DNA of 64,000 bases, taken from IMG/VR virus record IMGVR_UViG_3300043427_003402; one strand, 5' to 3'. The notes beneath the pieces are model-generated. The model made no database searches, was not told where the DNA came from, and saw only the letters and a list, made by a program, of their open reading frames with translations. Origin of the DNA: a virus. Positions 31,066 to 40,604 of this stretch are shown here, piece after piece (within the stretch, counting starts at the first letter, position 1; each line of letters opens with the position of its first letter). A program made the translations under genes and the position numbers.

Positions 31066-31764
31066 TTAACCGAAGGCCGCTGAGAATTCAAATTTGCGTG
31101 TACCGGCCTTCAATTCGTCGTAGAACTTTAGCGTACGCTTACGGTAGTGCTCGGTGACTGTCAGGCCGCTTGCGCCAGGTAGCTTCCAGTTGCAATCCCA
31201 CCTGAACCGACCGTAACCGTCAGCTTTTGCATACTCGGCGTGGTCGGAAACAGCGGGCATTGACGTCTGCTTACCTGTAAACCAAGCATTATCCGCAGAC
31301 GCATCACACGCCATCTCCGGTAGAATTATCTTCGCGCGGGGGTCGATCCGCTTCCACGCACAATACTCCGCGTTCCATTGTGCAATTAGCTCCACTTGCG
31401 CCAACGTAGGCTCGCGGCCAGGTACGGTAGGGTCAGCGCACAGCGCCCAGCCATCAACCATCCCGTTACGCTTCCATAAATGGGCCTGCCGCTGGTTACC
31501 GCGAATCGCTTTCACCAAGTACGCCTTACCGTCGGCGCCCTGAATCGCACTGACCATATAATCGTTGTACACAACCAAACGGCGGTCCGCCGTCCAGTGC
31601 AAGCACGTGCCTTTGCCTGTAGTAGGTTCGGACTCATTTACTTGATGGTTAACCCAGCGGAACTCTACGCGGTTCCCTTGCCAAGTAACTTCGCGCGTGC
31701 CAAACCACGGCTTACCCGTGGCCGGGTTCGTACCTGAGACGTCAAGTATCCGTGACGGTGCCAT
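31066..31764 (-). CDS. endolysin, N-acetylmuramoyl-L-alanine amidase (amidase_2-like)
   Basis: CLHWTA, AHLWKRN, PTLAQVE, DHAEYA, RWD motifs; flanked by membrane proteins. Confidence 0.65.
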   Translation of the reverse strand: MAPSRILDVSGTNPATGKPWFGTREVTWQGNRVEFRWVNHQVNESEPTTGKGTCLHWTADRRLVVYNDYMVSAIQGADGKAYLVKAIRGNQRQAHLWKRNGMVDGWALCADPTVPGREPTLAQVELIAQWNAEYCAWKRIDPRAKIILPEMACDASADNAWFTGKQTSMPAVSDHAEYAKADGYGRFRWDCNWKLPGASGLTVTEHYRKRTLKFYDELKAGTRKFEFSAAFG

Positions 31765-31769
31765 AACAT

Positions 31770-32075
31770 CTACCTCGTAAAGTGAAAAACTTCGGAAACC
31801 TTACCAATAAGCGCGCCGAGTACCGCCACCGCGACGCCGTGCCACCACGTGATGCGCCGTTGCGTTGTGCTTTTTGCGTGCTCTTCTAACGCGTCAATAC
31901 GCGCAATCTGCTCGCGAAGCAAAGGGGCGATTCCGGGTCGCCACTCGTTGCCTTCAAACGAACCTTTCAGCACGTCCATCACCTCTGATTGAAACGCCAT
32001 CGACTTCTCGCTGTGCGCTACAATCGACGCCTCCAGCGCGTCCAATTTATTAAACAAGCGGTCCTCGTTCGCCAT
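31770..32075 (-). CDS. coiled-coil protein with C-terminal TM helix (lysis-associated, holin/antiholin-like)
   Basis: WWHGVAVAVLGALIG segment; upstream of the amidase. Confidence 0.5.
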   Translation of the reverse strand: MANEDRLFNKLDALEASIVAHSEKSMAFQSEVMDVLKGSFEGNEWRPGIAPLLREQIARIDALEEHAKSTTQRRITWWHGVAVAVLGALIGKVSEVFHFTR

Positions 32076-32167
32076 ATCCGCACCCCTCTACGCCCCGCAG
32101 CCAAACCCGCGATTAAATTATCTGTAAAACGTGACTGCGTTGGCGCGTTTTCGCGAGCGAGGTGAGC

Positions 32168-33025
32168 TCAAGTTCGGATATACGTGGGCTCAAATCGCTC
32201 CCACACGTACTTCCACGACCGCCAAGACCAGACCCACTGGTACCACGTGTTATAACTTACGTGCGCCACGAAGCGGCCCTGCTTATTCTTAAACTGCCAC
32301 CAGCCGGTAGCGTCGCCTCGCCACTCCAGCGTACCCGGCTCAATACCAAAAGTCGCGGTGTACGCGCAGGTCTCAGGGAGAATATCGAACTGCTTGCGCC
32401 ACGGTGCGCCGGCCGGGTCGACAATTTCAGGGGGCGTCAAGTCTGAACCTTGGTTAGCGGTGCCAGACACACCGCGCGTCACTTTGCTTCCCTTCAAGCA
32501 GCGCCAAGCGTTAGCGAAAGCCTCGTATACAGACCAGCCGTCTGGGTACGTTCCCGAAGGGCAAAACTGCCGGGCGAAGAACTTTTTAAACTCCTCGCCC
32601 CAAGTAGCGTCCTGGTACCAACCGCACCAATTGTGGTACGCGTGACCAAACTCGTGGGAGATAGACGCGGGGTAGCGATACATTAAGTTGCGGGGATCGA
32701 GGCCCATGTACCGGATGTGAATCTCAGACTTATCCGGGCCCGCGACAAACGCCGCGAAGCCCCAGCTGAGCGCGTCGCCTAAAAAGTTGGCGACGTGTTC
32801 GGGGTAGGGAACGTCAGGCCCGTATACGTGCAGCGTAACCGAGCTTAAAAATTTGTTGGTACCGTCAGGCTGGTCATAATGCTCTAAGGAGCCCTGCGTT
32901 AGCTCCAGTACGAACCTAGAGTAAAAGACAACGCGGCCACACTCTTGGTCGGCGTACTGCTTAAAATACCGTACAAGCGTCATACCGCACGGAAAACGGT
33001 CACTGCGGCTGAGAATCGTAGCCAT
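32168..33025 (-). CDS. zincin-like metallopeptidase
   Basis: HEFGH motif and downstream YEAFAN third-ligand helix. Confidence 0.65.
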   Translation of the reverse strand: MATILSRSDRFPCGMTLVRYFKQYADQECGRVVFYSRFVLELTQGSLEHYDQPDGTNKFLSSVTLHVYGPDVPYPEHVANFLGDALSWGFAAFVAGPDKSEIHIRYMGLDPRNLMYRYPASISHEFGHAYHNWCGWYQDATWGEEFKKFFARQFCPSGTYPDGWSVYEAFANAWRCLKGSKVTRGVSGTANQGSDLTPPEIVDPAGAPWRKQFDILPETCAYTATFGIEPGTLEWRGDATGWWQFKNKQGRFVAHVSYNTWYQWVWSWRSWKYVWERFEPTYIRT

Positions 33026-33046
33026 CGTACCCTCGTTAAATCGTCG

Positions 33047-34705
33047 TTATACCGGATACCCGTAAACCCTAAAGCCGTTTGACCCCGGTACGAAAATGTT
33101 GTCGTCCGTACTGTTAGAGCCGTCGCCAAAAATAACTTTAAGCCAAATCTTTTTAAAAGCAGTGCGGGTGTCTAAACTTGGGAGCTCTACGCCAAAGAGG
33201 CCTGTACTCTGAGTAACCTGAGTCGATGCGAGCAAAACCGGCGTGCCAAGGTCATTCAGCTCCTTAGCGTGCGCGCTCCCGCGCGCCACCCCGTACACTT
33301 CAAAGCGCATAGCGCCTGAACTAACGTGGCCGTAAAGCGCGATACGGGTCACGACCGCCGCGTCGTCGGCTTGCGCCGAGGGTATAACAAAGCCCACGTT
33401 GAAGAAGCTGCCCAGTACGTCGCTGCTGTACCGGCGCTCGTCGCCTTCCCCGTTTACCCCCGTGTGAATAAAATACTTGGGCGCCAGCTCTTTGAAGGTG
33501 GCGTCCCCGGAGGCTAACGCAAACTGCGCGGCATTGCTTGACTGCCACAAGCAGTTATGCCAAATTCCATAATTGTACTTAGGCGCGGTGCCGGTTGCGT
33601 ACGCCTTGTAGTTTAGCACGCCATTTTCGTCCGCAACGGAAACAGGGTTCAGGCCGTCAGGGCTAAGCAACCCAACTGTTGCGCTGGTCCCGCCAAACCA
33701 TAAAAGGTTAGCTGCGCCCGCCAGCACGTGATATGTGTAGCCCGCCCTGTAATACGTATAGTTCTTAACGTTGTTACCCTCTTGGTACGCGCCGTAAGGG
33801 TGCCGAATCTCTGCTTTAGGGGGGCCGGCGTACCTTACAATAACCACGCCGTCGCCGCCATGGCCGTGCATATAAATGCCCGAGTCACTGTTACTAAGCT
33901 TGCACGCGCCGCTGCCCCCACAACCTGGCGCGTGGGCCGTAATCCCATGCCCGTCGCTGCTAGGTGCGTCTGCGCCGCCACCTGCGCCGCCGAATGAGCC
34001 AGGTGCGCCACTTGCGCCGCCCGCGGCGTACACGCCGGTGATCACGTGCCGGTGCTCGGTCGGCAGGTAGTTTAAGTCTTCGCGCCAGTACTCATGCACG
34101 TCTTTAAAGTCGGGGGCGAACACGACACCCGGGCCGCCGTTGCCGCGGTCTGTCTCCGGGGAGAAACTGCCTGAGCCTGCTGCTCCGGCGCCGCCGCCGG
34201 CGCGCAACCCGATAACCGTCCCGTCCGTACCATATAATGTCCGGCCCTCGCCGCCGTTGCCGCCTGTTGACCCTTTTCCGCCAGCCCACGCGTTAGCGCC
34301 GGAAAACCAAAAAGAGCCGGCGGAACTTGGGTCCCATGTGTAAGGGTCTGCCTCGCCCGTGCCAACCGCCCCGCCACCTGCGGCGCCCGCCCCTCCCGGG
34401 CTGCCTTTGGTGCTAAAGTTGTAGGCTAGGCTTCCGCCCTCGCCGGCTGCCTGCAGGTAAGACGTAAAATAACCCGTAGGCAGGCCGACTGAAAACTGAG
34501 ATGAGGCGTTTACTTCAGACGCCAGCAGGGTAGAGCCGCCGGGCGTCTCCGGTACCGTTATAAAAAAGTGTTGCACCTCGCCGCCGCCGCCGCCGCCCGC
34601 AGTTGCGCCCGCCGTCATCTCAGGGGGAACGTAGGTTATCATGCCTCCGGGGCCGCCGCGGCTAACGGCAAACACTTCCACTTCAGTCTGGTTAATGTAA
34701 GCCAC
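33047..34705 (-). CDS. glycine-rich domain fibre/adhesin-like protein
   Basis: GGGGGG.V, GGGAGA, GG.GVVIVRY glycine-rich domain motifs. Confidence 0.65.
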   Translation of the reverse strand: MAYINQTEVEVFAVSRGGPGGMITYVPPEMTAGATAGGGGGGEVQHFFITVPETPGGSTLLASEVNASSQFSVGLPTGYFTSYLQAAGEGGSLAYNFSTKGSPGGAGAAGGGAVGTGEADPYTWDPSSAGSFWFSGANAWAGGKGSTGGNGGEGRTLYGTDGTVIGLRAGGGAGAAGSGSFSPETDRGNGGPGVVFAPDFKDVHEYWREDLNYLPTEHRHVITGVYAAGGASGAPGSFGGAGGGADAPSSDGHGITAHAPGCGGSGACKLSNSDSGIYMHGHGGDGVVIVRYAGPPKAEIRHPYGAYQEGNNVKNYTYYRAGYTYHVLAGAANLLWFGGTSATVGLLSPDGLNPVSVADENGVLNYKAYATGTAPKYNYGIWHNCLWQSSNAAQFALASGDATFKELAPKYFIHTGVNGEGDERRYSSDVLGSFFNVGFVIPSAQADDAAVVTRIALYGHVSSGAMRFEVYGVARGSAHAKELNDLGTPVLLASTQVTQSTGLFGVELPSLDTRTAFKKIWLKVIFGDGSNSTDDNIFVPGSNGFRVYGYPV

Positions 34706-34732
34706 GTGTCACCTCAACATTACACATAACCA

Positions 34733-35788
34733 TTAAGCAATAATTCTGTAACTTGGCGCAAGCGCAAAAGTAGGGTAAGTGCCGCCCGTATAACCGGCGT
34801 CTTTATACTCAAGAACGTGAACGCAAAGCGAGCCTAAACTCAAGGTCGACCACCCGTCGCTTTCGCCGCTCAGTAAAAGCTTTTGTTTGCCAGTGTAAGA
34901 AATCACTAAAATGCCGTTACCGCCAGTGCCCGGTAACGTATAACCTGAGCTTGCGAACACGCTGGAGGCGCGGGCGCCGCTGCCGCCGCCGCCTGTTCCG
35001 TCTACACCTGGCAAACCCTCAACAACGCCCGTGCCGCCCGTGTCGATCCCTGCGTCTGCGCCGCCCCCTGCGCCGCCGCTCGACCCTGTGGTGCCGCTGG
35101 CACCGCCGCCGCCGTAAAACCCGCCAAAAGCAACTTTCAATTCATTGACTTCGTCTCTGTACACACGGATAAGGCACCGCGCGCCCATCCCGCCATGGCC
35201 CTTACGGTTATGGCTTGCGTATTCGCCCAATCCGGCTGCGCCACCGCCGCCGCCATTATACGCGAGATTGGAGGGTGCATCGCCCGTTGCGCCGTGGCCG
35301 CCGGCGGAGCCCTTGCCGCCTGCGAAATTAAGTAAGACATTATCGGGGCCGTAAAACCCGCCGCCGCCGCCGCCGGTTGCTCCGTTAATAAACAGCGTGC
35401 GCCAGGCTAACTCCTCGTCAACTGGGCGGCCAGGCAGTGTGGGCCACGAAGGATTACTAGCCACGAGGTCGGAACCCACGCCCCGGCCGCCGCCGAGCGC
35501 CTGAAACAGATAACTTCCGTCCGCGCGTTGAATTGTAGAAGCTTGCCCGTAAAGGGGCATGCGATTAGCTGTCCCGGTTATTTCTTTGTAGCCCCCACGG
35601 CCGACCGCGGCGGTGTACGACTCGTTGGTAGCTAGCCGCATACGGGCCACAACCACTTGCCCTCCGCCTCCGCCTCCGCCAGCGCCGCCGTAGCCGCCGT
35701 CCAAACTGCGCATAGGGCCGCCAGCACCGCCGCCGCCCACAAGCAGGATTTCAATTTCGTCGGCTTCAAAAGAAGGGATGTAAGTCAT
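34733..35788 (-). CDS. glycine-rich domain fibre/adhesin-like protein
   Basis: ILLVGGGGAGG...GGGGGGGQV...VG.GG...GGNGILVISY. Confidence 0.7.
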   Translation of the reverse strand: MTYIPSFEADEIEILLVGGGGAGGPMRSLDGGYGGAGGGGGGGQVVVARMRLATNESYTAAVGRGGYKEITGTANRMPLYGQASTIQRADGSYLFQALGGGRGVGSDLVASNPSWPTLPGRPVDEELAWRTLFINGATGGGGGGFYGPDNVLLNFAGGKGSAGGHGATGDAPSNLAYNGGGGGAAGLGEYASHNRKGHGGMGARCLIRVYRDEVNELKVAFGGFYGGGGASGTTGSSGGAGGGADAGIDTGGTGVVEGLPGVDGTGGGGSGARASSVFASSGYTLPGTGGNGILVISYTGKQKLLLSGESDGWSTLSLGSLCVHVLEYKDAGYTGGTYPTFALAPSYRIIA

Positions 35789-35800
35789 TGTTAGGCGCCC

Positions 35801-37141
35801 TTAAATAATCCACCAGCCGCTGGAAGCTTTGACGAAGGTAACTGACATGAACGGTATCTGTAGACGGACTTCGGTGCGGCCCTCGACACTGTCGGGCACA
35901 GAGCCGCCATAGTTTTTTACTATTATGTCTTTTACGTCAAAGAGCCCTTTTACGTCTTTTACTATTACGCGCGTGCCCACCGGCGCTGCGTCCCACAGCA
36001 TAACGGTGAGCGTTTGGCCGGCTGGAAATTCGGTAAGGTCGACCAGTGCAATGGTGTCTCGAGTTTGTGAAGCTGGTAAGCTTGGCAGCGTTCCAGTGTA
36101 CTCCACAATGACAGGCTTTTGCGCGTACTCGGTCCCGGCCACCCCACCCAAATGTGTTGCGTTCGTGATGTCCCCACCTGTAGCAAACGCTACAAGCGGA
36201 CTGAACATAAAACTACCGAGCGACGCGCCTGCCACAAACCATTGGGTACCGGCGTTCACAGCGCCGCTACGTACAAGTACGGTGTTACCGAGAACTGCGT
36301 CGTCCGAGGCGAACGCGGGATCGCGGGTCAGCACGAACGGAGTCGTAGAAGAGCCTTTGTCAGTTACTGTGTATGCGCCGTTGCCGATCATACTTGAGAT
36401 GCCTGCAACCGTACCGTCCTTAACGAGTACGCGCTGGCCGACTTGCAGGTCAACCCCGTCCACGGTGAGCGCGCCGTTATCGACAGCGGTATGGACACCG
36501 TTGAGGACAGTCATCGCCAGCACACCTGTGGTTGCGGCCGTGCATGGCGCGAGGGTGTAGGTTGGTACGGCGGGCGGCGGGTCGCCCGTCCCTGCGACGG
36601 GCACCTGCGTAAAAATCATCACATCGGTGTTTAAGTTAGGTGGATTGGCGTCGGTGAACGGCTGCAGCCGCCAGCACGTGCCAGCGAAAGTCGTGCCTTC
36701 AGTGACCCACACGATTGCATGCTTTACCATTTCGTGGTTTGCGTCCGCGTCCGCTGCGCGGGTCAGCACAAATGCCGCTGAAGCCGAACCTACTACGCTT
36801 ACGGTGTAGATTCCGTTGTCACGGCCGTGCGCGCCATGGTTCAGCAGCACGCGGTTGCCAACAGTCAGGTTTGTTACACCGTCAATACCGGCGTCATTCA
36901 GTGACACGTTTTGGTCGCTGGTGATGACGTTGCCTGTCCGAGTGTAGGCAGGTAAGGCCGCAGCGGTCGCTACGCGGCAGGGCGCTTTCAGCATACGGCG
37001 AGCGTCCGCAAATGTCTGCAAGTTACTGCTGCCGCCCTTTGTCGAGTCCCCCACAAAGTCTGCCGTGATCGGCTTGACCCGTGAGACCGGTACGTAAGCT
37101 CCTGTGCCATTTGGATCGAAAGGCGACATGCGCGTCCTCAC
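35801..37141 (-). CDS. tail fibre protein
   Basis: Two VAT...IDGV.L.VG.RVL......NG.Y.V...LTR modules; shared C-terminal VIVKD domain. Confidence 0.7.
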   Translation of the reverse strand: MRTRMSPFDPNGTGAYVPVSRVKPITADFVGDSTKGGSSNLQTFADARRMLKAPCRVATAAALPAYTRTGNVITSDQNVSLNDAGIDGVTNLTVGNRVLLNHGAHGRDNGIYTVSVVGSASAAFVLTRAADADANHEMVKHAIVWVTEGTTFAGTCWRLQPFTDANPPNLNTDVMIFTQVPVAGTGDPPPAVPTYTLAPCTAATTGVLAMTVLNGVHTAVDNGALTVDGVDLQVGQRVLVKDGTVAGISSMIGNGAYTVTDKGSSTTPFVLTRDPAFASDDAVLGNTVLVRSGAVNAGTQWFVAGASLGSFMFSPLVAFATGGDITNATHLGGVAGTEYAQKPVIVEYTGTLPSLPASQTRDTIALVDLTEFPAGQTLTVMLWDAAPVGTRVIVKDVKGLFDVKDIIVKNYGGSVPDSVEGRTEVRLQIPFMSVTFVKASSGWWII

Positions 37142-37259
37142 TTAGTGTAACTTACAACGAGGCGTGCTACCCACTAGAGTTGCACGCCACGCGAGATTTG
37201 ATCTCTTTAATTATAACGCCTTACGCATAAAAGTATTACGCGTAAGGCGCTAGCTTGTC

Positions 37260-39287
37260 CTACAGGACGTTCCACTCCGAACCGTTGTACACAAACATCC
37301 GCGCGCCGTAGTCGCCGTCAATAACCTGCGAAGAGGCGCCGTCAATCGTGCCACTGTCAGCGCTGACCGTGATGTTGTTGGTCGAGGCGTCGCCCTTACC
37401 ATCCTTGACCACAACTTGCTTACCAACCGCAGGCGAAGCAGGCAACGTGACAGCGGTGGCTTCGCCGGTACCCTTATTGACGATGACGACGTCATCGCTG
37501 GCGCCGCACGTCACCGAACCCGACGCCGTGACGACGTTCACTGCACGCAGCGCGCTTCCGAAGTCGACGCTGAACGCGCCCGCCGAAACCGCCAACCCTG
37601 CGCCCGCCGAAGCGACGCCCAGTTCGGACGCGGTTGCCGCCGGCAGGTCAGCCGCCACCAGTGCACGGAATTCAGGTGCGCCGGCAGACCCGTCAGGCGC
37701 AGCGAACACCAGGTTCGCAGATTGCGAAGCGAGCTCCGCAGTCAGCGTTCCGGAATCCGTCACCGGGTTTCCGGTCACATTGAACATTGCCGGCATCGAC
37801 AAGTCGACCGAAGTCACCGAACCGTTACCGGCGCCAAACTGGACGGAAGTGCCGTTAATTTGCGCAAAGAAACCGGCGGCGGTCGTCCAGACGTCGCCAT
37901 CAACTGGGGCCGACGGCGCGGAGCCGTGGGGGACGTTCAACCCGGCGCCGGCAGAGCCGGACGGGATAACCGTCAGCTTACTCGCCTCACCTGTAAAGGT
38001 CGCGGCGGCGTCCTTCAGCACCACGTTGCTGGAGAGCGCCGAATCGCTCACCTTGCCGGGGGTGCTGATGGTGGCCAACTTCGTGTCGGAGATTTCAGCG
38101 CCCGCCGCAATGTCCGCGTCGACGAGCGAACCGGCGATGCTCAGTTTGGAGTAATCAATCGTAGCCGCAGCGATGTCCGCGCCGACGATCGAGCCGGCCA
38201 GGCTCAATTTGGTGTAGTCGATCGTACCCGCTGCAATATCGGAACCAACGATCGAACCTGCCAAGTTCAGTTTGGCGTAGTCGATCGCACCCGTGGCAAT
38301 ATCGCTGCCCATGATCGAGCCCGTCAGATTCAGCTTAGCGTAGCCGATCATGGCCGACGCGGCAATGTCGCTGTCCACGATTGCGCCCGCCATGTTCAAC
38401 TTCGTGTAGGAAATCCCCGCCGTAGCAGCGATGTCGCTGTCCGAGATTGAATCCCACAAGTTCAACTTGCTATACGCAATCCCCGCGCCCGCCGCAACGT
38501 CGGCATCCACCAACGAGCCGGCCAGATCCAACTTGCTGTACGCAATCGCAGCGTCGGCCGCGATGTGGCCGTTCCCCAACGAGCCTTCGCCCACCTGGAT
38601 GCTGTCCGCATTAACGGTAATCGTACTGTCGGCAGCCACCACTTCCAGCATGTTGCCCGTCTTGCTCAGGCCTCCGCCTGCTACAATCTGCGCTGCGCCC
38701 GAAAACTGAACAAACGTCAACGCCGTCGTGCCAAGCGTAATGGCGCCGGACGTCGTCAGGACCCACGAAGTCGCGGCGTACGTGCTGCCTTCCGTCACAA
38801 GGACGTACATGCCGGAAGTAACATCGGCCGACACCTGCGCGTCTTCCGAACGCGGCCACGCTCCCGAGTCCACCACGTAAATACCATTTTGCGAAGCGTC
38901 GGCCTGCCCCGTAACCAAAATACGATCGCCAGTCACAAGTGCGATACCGTCAACCGTCTGCTCACCGCTCAAGGTGATGTCGCTGACCGACACTGCGCGG
39001 ACGGAGTCCTTAAAATCGCGCAAGCCCTGTGCAAGCGTGTCCACGTACTGCTTGGTCGCTGCGTGCAGCGCGTCAGTAGGGTCGGCGGACAAAGTCAGCA
39101 TACCAGTCAGCGCGTCGCCGGCTTTGTCGATGGGCGTGAAGCCGAGCGCGGCAGTCACGTTGCCGCTCACCAAGCTGATCGTGCCAGCCAAGTTAGTGAT
39201 GTTTTCGCCGATCAAGACGGCGCCCAGGTCCGACGCAGTTGCGACGGGCAAACGGGCGGGACTGAGTTTTATACCTTCATAAGACAT
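37260..39287 (-). CDS. tail fibre protein with 21-22 aa repeats
   Basis: HAATKQYVD, DSVRAVS...GDRILVTGQ...NGIYVV, I.Y.KL.L.GSI...DIA repeats, C-terminal VVVKD domain. Confidence 0.75.
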   Translation of the reverse strand: MSYEGIKLSPARLPVATASDLGAVLIGENITNLAGTISLVSGNVTAALGFTPIDKAGDALTGMLTLSADPTDALHAATKQYVDTLAQGLRDFKDSVRAVSVSDITLSGEQTVDGIALVTGDRILVTGQADASQNGIYVVDSGAWPRSEDAQVSADVTSGMYVLVTEGSTYAATSWVLTTSGAITLGTTALTFVQFSGAAQIVAGGGLSKTGNMLEVVAADSTITVNADSIQVGEGSLGNGHIAADAAIAYSKLDLAGSLVDADVAAGAGIAYSKLNLWDSISDSDIAATAGISYTKLNMAGAIVDSDIAASAMIGYAKLNLTGSIMGSDIATGAIDYAKLNLAGSIVGSDIAAGTIDYTKLSLAGSIVGADIAAATIDYSKLSIAGSLVDADIAAGAEISDTKLATISTPGKVSDSALSSNVVLKDAAATFTGEASKLTVIPSGSAGAGLNVPHGSAPSAPVDGDVWTTAAGFFAQINGTSVQFGAGNGSVTSVDLSMPAMFNVTGNPVTDSGTLTAELASQSANLVFAAPDGSAGAPEFRALVAADLPAATASELGVASAGAGLAVSAGAFSVDFGSALRAVNVVTASGSVTCGASDDVVIVNKGTGEATAVTLPASPAVGKQVVVKDGKGDASTNNITVSADSGTIDGASSQVIDGDYGARMFVYNGSEWNVL
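38075..38555 (-). repeat. about seven tandem 21-22 codon repeats within the fibre gene (approximate bounds)
   Basis: IAYSKLDLAGSLVDADVAAGAG, IDYAKLNLAGSIVGSDIAAG etc. Confidence 0.75.
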
Positions 39288-39349
39288 ATAGCGGCCCTCC
39301 TACGGCCTAAACGGAAACGTACCCTCTCTCAAATAAATTATCGGTGCCC

Positions 39350-39436
39350 TTAGCTGTTTTTTGAATTGTCGCTAGGGGCCACCAACGCGCAAAGCAACGT
39401 GGCGAGCGTAACCAATCCTAAAATTATCAGGTCCAT
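39350..39436 (-). CDS. 28-aa single-TM peptide (MDLIILGLVTLATLLCALVAPSDNSKNS)
   Basis: AGAGG RBS; ATAATT motif about 60 nt upstream (39497-39502). Confidence 0.5.
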   Translation of the reverse strand: MDLIILGLVTLATLLCALVAPSDNSKNS

Positions 39437-39572
39437 AGCATCCGCGCCTCTTATCTGCCGCAACACGACTCGTTGCAGCGACGGGTGTCACTATGAAATT
39501 ATAACCAAGCGGCACGGTTCGCGGGCGCTCTCACCGAGCGTATTGTGGGGCGCGGGTGGCGAAATTGAGCTG

Positions 39573-40046
39573 TTACGTGCGGGGAGGGGCAGTGGGCAAC
39601 AGCGTATCCACAAGATACTTTGTCTGCGGAAAAAGCTTTTCAGGTAATGCGTCAGGCTTGAACCAGCCGTAACGCGAAACCTCCCGCTCAGGGAATTTTA
39701 TGTCGCCGGCGGGATGACGGAAAAGGAACGCGTGGCCCGTACCGCGGGCTTCAGGCATGAAGTTATACTTATACTTGCGCTTGAGGTATTCTGCCTCTAG
39801 CCCCGTTTCTTCGCGTAGCTCGCGGTGTGCGCCTTCAAGAAAACTTTCGCCCGGGTCCTTCTTGCCACCTGGAAGGTTCCACGTGCCGGGGTACAGCAGC
39901 GCAGTTTCAGGTCGCTGCAACAACAAGATTTCGCCGCGGTCGTTCTGCACGACTGCGCGGACGCCCGGTGGGCGGCGCGGGAGGTCGTCCTGTACGCGGG
40001 CGGCCGCCTTAGCCATAAAAGCAAGGTAAGCCTGGTAAGGTGTCAT
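39573..40046 (-). CDS. Nudix hydrolase with K-x-A leader
   Basis: Nudix box GGKKDPGESFLEGAHRELREETG; N-terminus MTPYQAYLAFMAKAA. Confidence 0.9.
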   Translation of the reverse strand: MTPYQAYLAFMAKAAARVQDDLPRRPPGVRAVVQNDRGEILLLQRPETALLYPGTWNLPGGKKDPGESFLEGAHRELREETGLEAEYLKRKYKYNFMPEARGTGHAFLFRHPAGDIKFPEREVSRYGWFKPDALPEKLFPQTKYLVDTLLPTAPPRT

Positions 40047-40122
40047 AAACGTTCCCCGTTACTGCCGCCCGCGCTTATAATCAACCAAGGCTCTGTCAAA
40101 CTGCTCCTTGGCGCCTACGCCC

Positions 40123-40584
40123 CTAAAATCCGTCAAACTGCGCCAACCGCTGCTCGTACAACACTTGGGCTGCAGACTTCTGTACCACAACCTGCTGCTT
40201 GTTACCGCCTGAGCCCAGCATGTACCCGGCGCCCAAGCCCACGGCGCCTACGCCAGCTCCCGCCGCGACGTGGCCGTAGTTAACGGGCGCGCCGCCGACG
40301 GTCATCCCCGTCTCCTTGTTGAAGAAAGGTGTCTTAGGCGCCGCGGGTGCCGCAGGCACCGGAGTTGCCTTAGGCTGCGCGATAGCCGCACGGCGAACCT
40401 TTTGCTGAAGCTCCGGAGTCGACTTTGCGAGCGCCGTTGCTTTGTTAACCGTTTGTTTACTGAGTTGGGCGGGCATGTCTGCGACCCCCTTTAACGCACG
40501 TACAGCCACAGCCTCTTTCGCGAGCTCAGCGTACGTGAGCTCACGGGCGTACTTCAACATCAATTCGGTATTAGGATCGTACAT
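40123..40584 (-). CDS. K-x-A leader, glycine-zipper protein
   Basis: ELMLKYARELTYAELAKEA leader; GHVAAGAGVGAVGLGAGY; paralog of 40605. Confidence 0.65.
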   Translation of the reverse strand: MYDPNTELMLKYARELTYAELAKEAVAVRALKGVADMPAQLSKQTVNKATALAKSTPELQQKVRRAAIAQPKATPVPAAPAAPKTPFFNKETGMTVGGAPVNYGHVAAGAGVGAVGLGAGYMLGSGGNKQQVVVQKSAAQVLYEQRLAQFDGF

Positions 40585-40604
40585 TTGAGCTACCCTTTCT
40601 CGTG

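Noticed and set aside
33047-35788. (CCG)n runs as contingency repeats
   Set aside because: Explained by poly-Gly codons in glycine-rich domains.
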